Of a stretch of DNA of 58,454 bases, positions 55,287-58,454 are shown piece after piece. Each line of letters begins with the position of its first letter. Positions within the stretch are counted from its first letter, which is position 1. A program made the translations under genes and the position numbers. Source of the stretch: an uncultured Candidatus Saccharibacteria bacterium. Its GTDB lineage: Bacteria; Patescibacteriota; Minisyncoccia; Phycocordibacterales; UBA918. The stretch is taken from positions 1-58,454 of the forward strand of contig CAYRMI010000002.1 of the NCBI GenBank assembly GCA_964425625.1, in the 5' to 3' direction. Under the pieces are notes generated by a model. That model was given only the letters and a program-made list of their open reading frames with translations. It made no database searches and was not told where the DNA came from.

Positions 55287-57050
55287 ATGTCTGATGTGGT
55301 GCAACAAATAAAAGACCGTCTCAGTATTTTGGATGTTATTTCACCGTACGTGGAGTTGCATAAGGCGGGGAAGAGCTTTAAGGGTAAATCACCATTCACG
55401 AATGAGCGCACACCCTCGTTTTATGTTTCACCGGAGCGCGGGATGTACTACTGCTTCTCGACCAGCCAAGGTGGCGATATGTTCACTTTTATTCAAGTGA
55501 TGGAGGGAGTCGATTTTAAGGGGGCGTTGAAGATTTTGGCGGATAAAGCGCGGGTGGAGCTGGTCCCGGTTTCGCCGGAGAAACAGACTGAACGTGATCG
55601 TTTGTACGCGGTACTTGGTGCCTCGGCCAAGTTCTATAGTGAGCAGTTAAAGGAAGCGCCGGAGGCTTTGGCTTACTTAAAAAAGCGCGGAGTTAGCGAG
55701 GCGACTATGCAAAGTTGGCAGATTGGTTTTGCACCGGGGCCACCTCAATCTGGCTGGCGAGTAGCCAAAGAATATCTGCGTAGTTTGGGTTTTACTGATA
55801 CTGAACTAATAAAAGCCGGTTTGATTAAAGGCGGAGACCAGGGTAAGGAACACTACGACGTCTTTCGCAATCGCATTATGTTTCCACTGTTTGACCAGAG
55901 TGGTCGAGTGGTGGCTTTTTCAGGCCGGACGCTTGAGACGGGTCCGGATATACCAAAGTACGTAAATTCACCGGAGACTGAACTTTATAAAAAATCGGAG
56001 CTACTTTATGGTTATGATCGAGCCAAACATGGCATTCGTCACTTGGACTTTTCGCTTATTGTCGAAGGTCAATTTGACGTAGTAATGAGTCATCAAGCTG
56101 GCTATGTAAATACAGTGGCGGTTTCGGGAACAGCTTTTACACTACAGCACGTACAACTTCTAGAGCGTCTATCAAACAAAGTAGTATTGGCGCTCGATGC
56201 CGATAAAGCCGGTATTGCGGCGGCCAAACGGTCGGCCGATCTCATGTTGCGGCGTGGTCTGGATGTTAAGGTAGCCATGCTTCCTGATGGCAAGGACCCG
56301 GCTGATATGGTACTTGAAGACACTAAGGAATTTAAGCATATCATCGGGCAGTCAGTGCATGTGATAGAGTTTTTATTACAAATATTAATCAAGTCTGGGC
56401 TAGACCAAAGAACGCTTAAACTGAGGGCGAGGGAAGAAGTGATACCCTACATCCCTCTACTACCAAACAAAATAGACCAAGATCACTTTGAACAAGTGGT
56501 GGCCGATTTACTGAAGACCACCAAGGATGCGGTGCATTATGAAGTCGAGCGAAGTGCCGAACAGGGTTCCCAAAAAGAAAGAGAAATAAAATTAGTCTCT
56601 GTTACCAAGGATAATGAACAAAATCAGAGCGATGAAATCGGCAACCGCCGGGAAGTATTGTTGACCTATCTAATTGGAGTATTACCACTTTTTTCACCCG
56701 TCGTTGCGGATAAAATAAAAGTCGTACTTTCTGATATTACTGGTGTGTCATACTTTGAGTTGGAAAGTCAGGTATCAGTTTCCCAAAAAGCCGAGGTTTT
56801 ATTTAGAAATGAGACGATGGGGGAAACACAACCAAAACTAATTTTTGAAACAGAAGTGGTCCATGCCCTCAATCAGTTAAGGCAATTGATTGTCCGCTTA
56901 CGCCTCAAGGACGCCAAAGGCCTACTCCAGCAAGCTGAACTAGATAATGACGAAGAAGCCATCATGGCTCAGCTATCTGATGTGCATAAAAGCCAAAAGA
57001 CGCTGCAGATAGAACCTTATACGCTAGACTTGCTAAAAGAGAGTAGTTAG
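55287..57050 (+). CDS. dnaG: DNA primase
   Basis: Zn-binding region (SPF..ERTPSF..YYCFS), RIMFP, KYVNSPET, Toprim IVEGQFDV, LDADKAG, KDPAD. Confidence 0.96.
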   Translation: MSDVVQQIKDRLSILDVISPYVELHKAGKSFKGKSPFTNERTPSFYVSPERGMYYCFSTSQGGDMFTFIQVMEGVDFKGALKILADKARVELVPVSPEKQTERDRLYAVLGASAKFYSEQLKEAPEALAYLKKRGVSEATMQSWQIGFAPGPPQSGWRVAKEYLRSLGFTDTELIKAGLIKGGDQGKEHYDVFRNRIMFPLFDQSGRVVAFSGRTLETGPDIPKYVNSPETELYKKSELLYGYDRAKHGIRHLDFSLIVEGQFDVVMSHQAGYVNTVAVSGTAFTLQHVQLLERLSNKVVLALDADKAGIAAAKRSADLMLRRGLDVKVAMLPDGKDPADMVLEDTKEFKHIIGQSVHVIEFLLQILIKSGLDQRTLKLRAREEVIPYIPLLPNKIDQDHFEQVVADLLKTTKDAVHYEVERSAEQGSQKEREIKLVSVTKDNEQNQSDEIGNRREVLLTYLIGVLPLFSPVVADKIKVVLSDITGVSYFELESQVSVSQKAEVLFRNETMGETQPKLIFETEVVHALNQLRQLIVRLRLKDAKGLLQQAELDNDEEAIMAQLSDVHKSQKTLQIEPYTLDLLKESS

Positions 57051-57098
57051 ACCTTACCACTGGACATTTTTGGTTTTTTCTGTATAGTGTGTAGCACT

Positions 57099-58454
57099 AT
57101 GGCTACCAAAAAGGCCTCAAAAAAAGCAGTAAAAAAAGCGGTAAAAACCGTTACATCAAAGAAAAAACTACCCAAGACAACAAAAAAGTCAGTGGTAAAA
57201 AAAGCCGTGAAGCCTAAAAGTAAGGTAGTAAAGACTGTAGCTAAAAAAGCTGGGAAAACTGTAAAAACAGCTACTGTCAAGAAGAAAGTGCCAAAGACAA
57301 AGGCAGTTAAAAAAGCGGTGGTAAAAAAAGCCCCAGCCAAAAAGCTGGTTAGTAAGGTGGCTAAGAAACCGGTAGTACTAAAACCGACTACCTTAACCAA
57401 AAGTGAAAAAATACTTGAGCTAAAAGCGGCTGAGCTGATGAAGCTGGGTCGCGAGCGCGGGTATGTTACTTACGACGAGTTACTACGATCGTTTCCTGAA
57501 ATTGAAAAAGATATCGAGTATCTAGATGTTCTGTATGGACGTTTTGCGACGGCCGGTATTGATGTACTGCAAAGTGGCGGTATGCTCGGTGATGATCCAA
57601 GTATAGATATCATTGCGCAAAAGAACGCTTTCAAGCGTAGTGATAGTGGTTATGATTCAATTCAGATGTACTTACGAGAGATTGGTCAGTATCCACTTTT
57701 AAATGCTCACGAAGAAAGAGTTTTGGCTAAGCGCATTGTCGATGGCGATGAAGAAGCTCGTAACCTATTGGCTCGGGCTAACCTGCGTCTCGTGGTGTCA
57801 ATTGCCAAGAAGTACGTTGGTCGTTCACCAGATTTGACTCTACTTGACCTCATTCAAGAAGGGAACCTAGGTCTCTTTAAAGCGGTAGACAAGTTTGATT
57901 TTACCAAAGGCTTCAAGTTTTCCACTTATGCCACCTGGTGGATTCGTCAAGCTATCACCCGAGCTCTAGCCGATCAATCACGTACCATTCGTATTCCGGT
58001 TCACATGGTGGAGACTATGGCTAAGTATAAGCAAGTCTCGCGCCGTCTAGCCCAAGACTTGGGGCGCGATCCGATGCCAGAAGAAATTGCTACTGAGATG
58101 GGAGTGGAGGTAGAAAAAATCTACCAAATTGAAAAAATTAGCCAAGACACTATTTCACTGGAATTACCGGTAGGAGATGACGATGATCGTTCGCGACTAT
58201 CTGACTTTATTTCCGATGATAAAATAATTTCTCCTGATCAAGAAGTAGCGCACAGCATTTTAACTGATCAGATTACTGAAATTCTTGACACTCTGTCAGA
58301 GAAGGAACGAAAGATCCTAGAAATGCGACATGGTTTGCTCGATGGTACTTACCATACTCTAGAAGAGGTAGGGAAAGAGTTTGGCGTAACTCGCGAACGT
58401 ATTCGCCAAATCGAAGCGAAAGCTTTGGAGAAGATTAGACAACACGAGAAGGCA
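57099..58454 (+). CDS. rpoD: Primary sigma70 factor with Lys-rich N-terminal extension (runs off window end; absent from ORF track)
   Basis: Hand translation from ATG 57099: region 1.1-like [81 protein letters not shown]. Confidence 0.96.
   Translation, partial: MATKKASKKAVKKAVKTVTSKKKLPKTTKKSVVKKAVKPKSKVVKTVAKKAGKTVKTATVKKKVPKTKAVKKAVVKKAPAKKLVSKVAKKPVVLKPTTLTKSEKILELKAAELMKLGRERGYVTYDELLRSFPEIEKDIEYLDVLYGRFATAGIDVLQSGGMLGDDPSIDIIAQKNAFKRSDSGYDSIQMYLREIGQYPLLNAHEERVLAKRIVDGDEEARNLLARANLRLVVSIAKKYVGRSPDLTLLDLIQEGNLGLFKAVDKFDFTKGFKFSTYATWWIRQAITRALADQSRTIRIPVHMVETMAKYKQVSRRLAQDLGRDPMPEEIATEMGVEVEKIYQIEKISQDTISLELPVGDDDDRSRLSDFISDDKIISPDQEVAHSILTDQITEILDTLSEKERKILEMRHGLLDGTYHTLEEVGKEFGVTRERIRQIEAKALEKIRQHEKA

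Noticed and set aside
57047-57400. Phe/Thr/Leu-rich minus-strand ORF resembling a membrane protein
   Set aside because: Antisense of the AAA/AAG-rich rpoD extension.
1-58454. Alternative genetic code (TGA = Gly, as in Gracilibacteria/Absconditabacteria)
   Set aside because: TGA terminates rpiB (8402) and the genes ending at 5238 and 19589 at sensible positions with ATGA coupling, and conserved genes contain no in-frame TGA.

Overview
Bacterial chromosomal segment. Gene content, short protein variants, scarce Shine-Dalgarno sites and TGA used as stop (code 11) point to a CPR/Patescibacteria (Parcubacteria-like) genome; this is inference, not a database match. The backbone is housekeeping: gap-rpiB-rpe-split transketolase, rplY, rpmE, prfA, rpsB-tsf, tRNA-Thr(TGT), gyrB, thrS with a T-box, dnaE, rnhB, rpmF-nusB-rnc, smc, rnr, rpsP-khpA-trmD, rpoBC and dnaG-rpoD. 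Three cell-surface loci are interleaved: (i) the 3' end of a giant repeat protein followed by a WxL/DUF916-like four-gene cluster, (ii) a sortase flanked by a CARDB-like protein and a large Ig-repeat protein with a VPYTG motif and a long post-membrane tail, and (iii) three tandem type IV pilin-like genes. No integrase, transposase, CRISPR array or rRNA was recognised. Top leads: a TrpR-like gene bracketed by perfect palindromes resembling the trp operator, with a third copy 28 kb away; a NusB-NUDIX fusion upstream of rnc; the WxL-like surface operon; a 119-bp structured direct repeat flanking rnhB; tRNA-Thr nested inside a second tRNA-like acceptor stem; and a histone-H1-like tail on sigma70.
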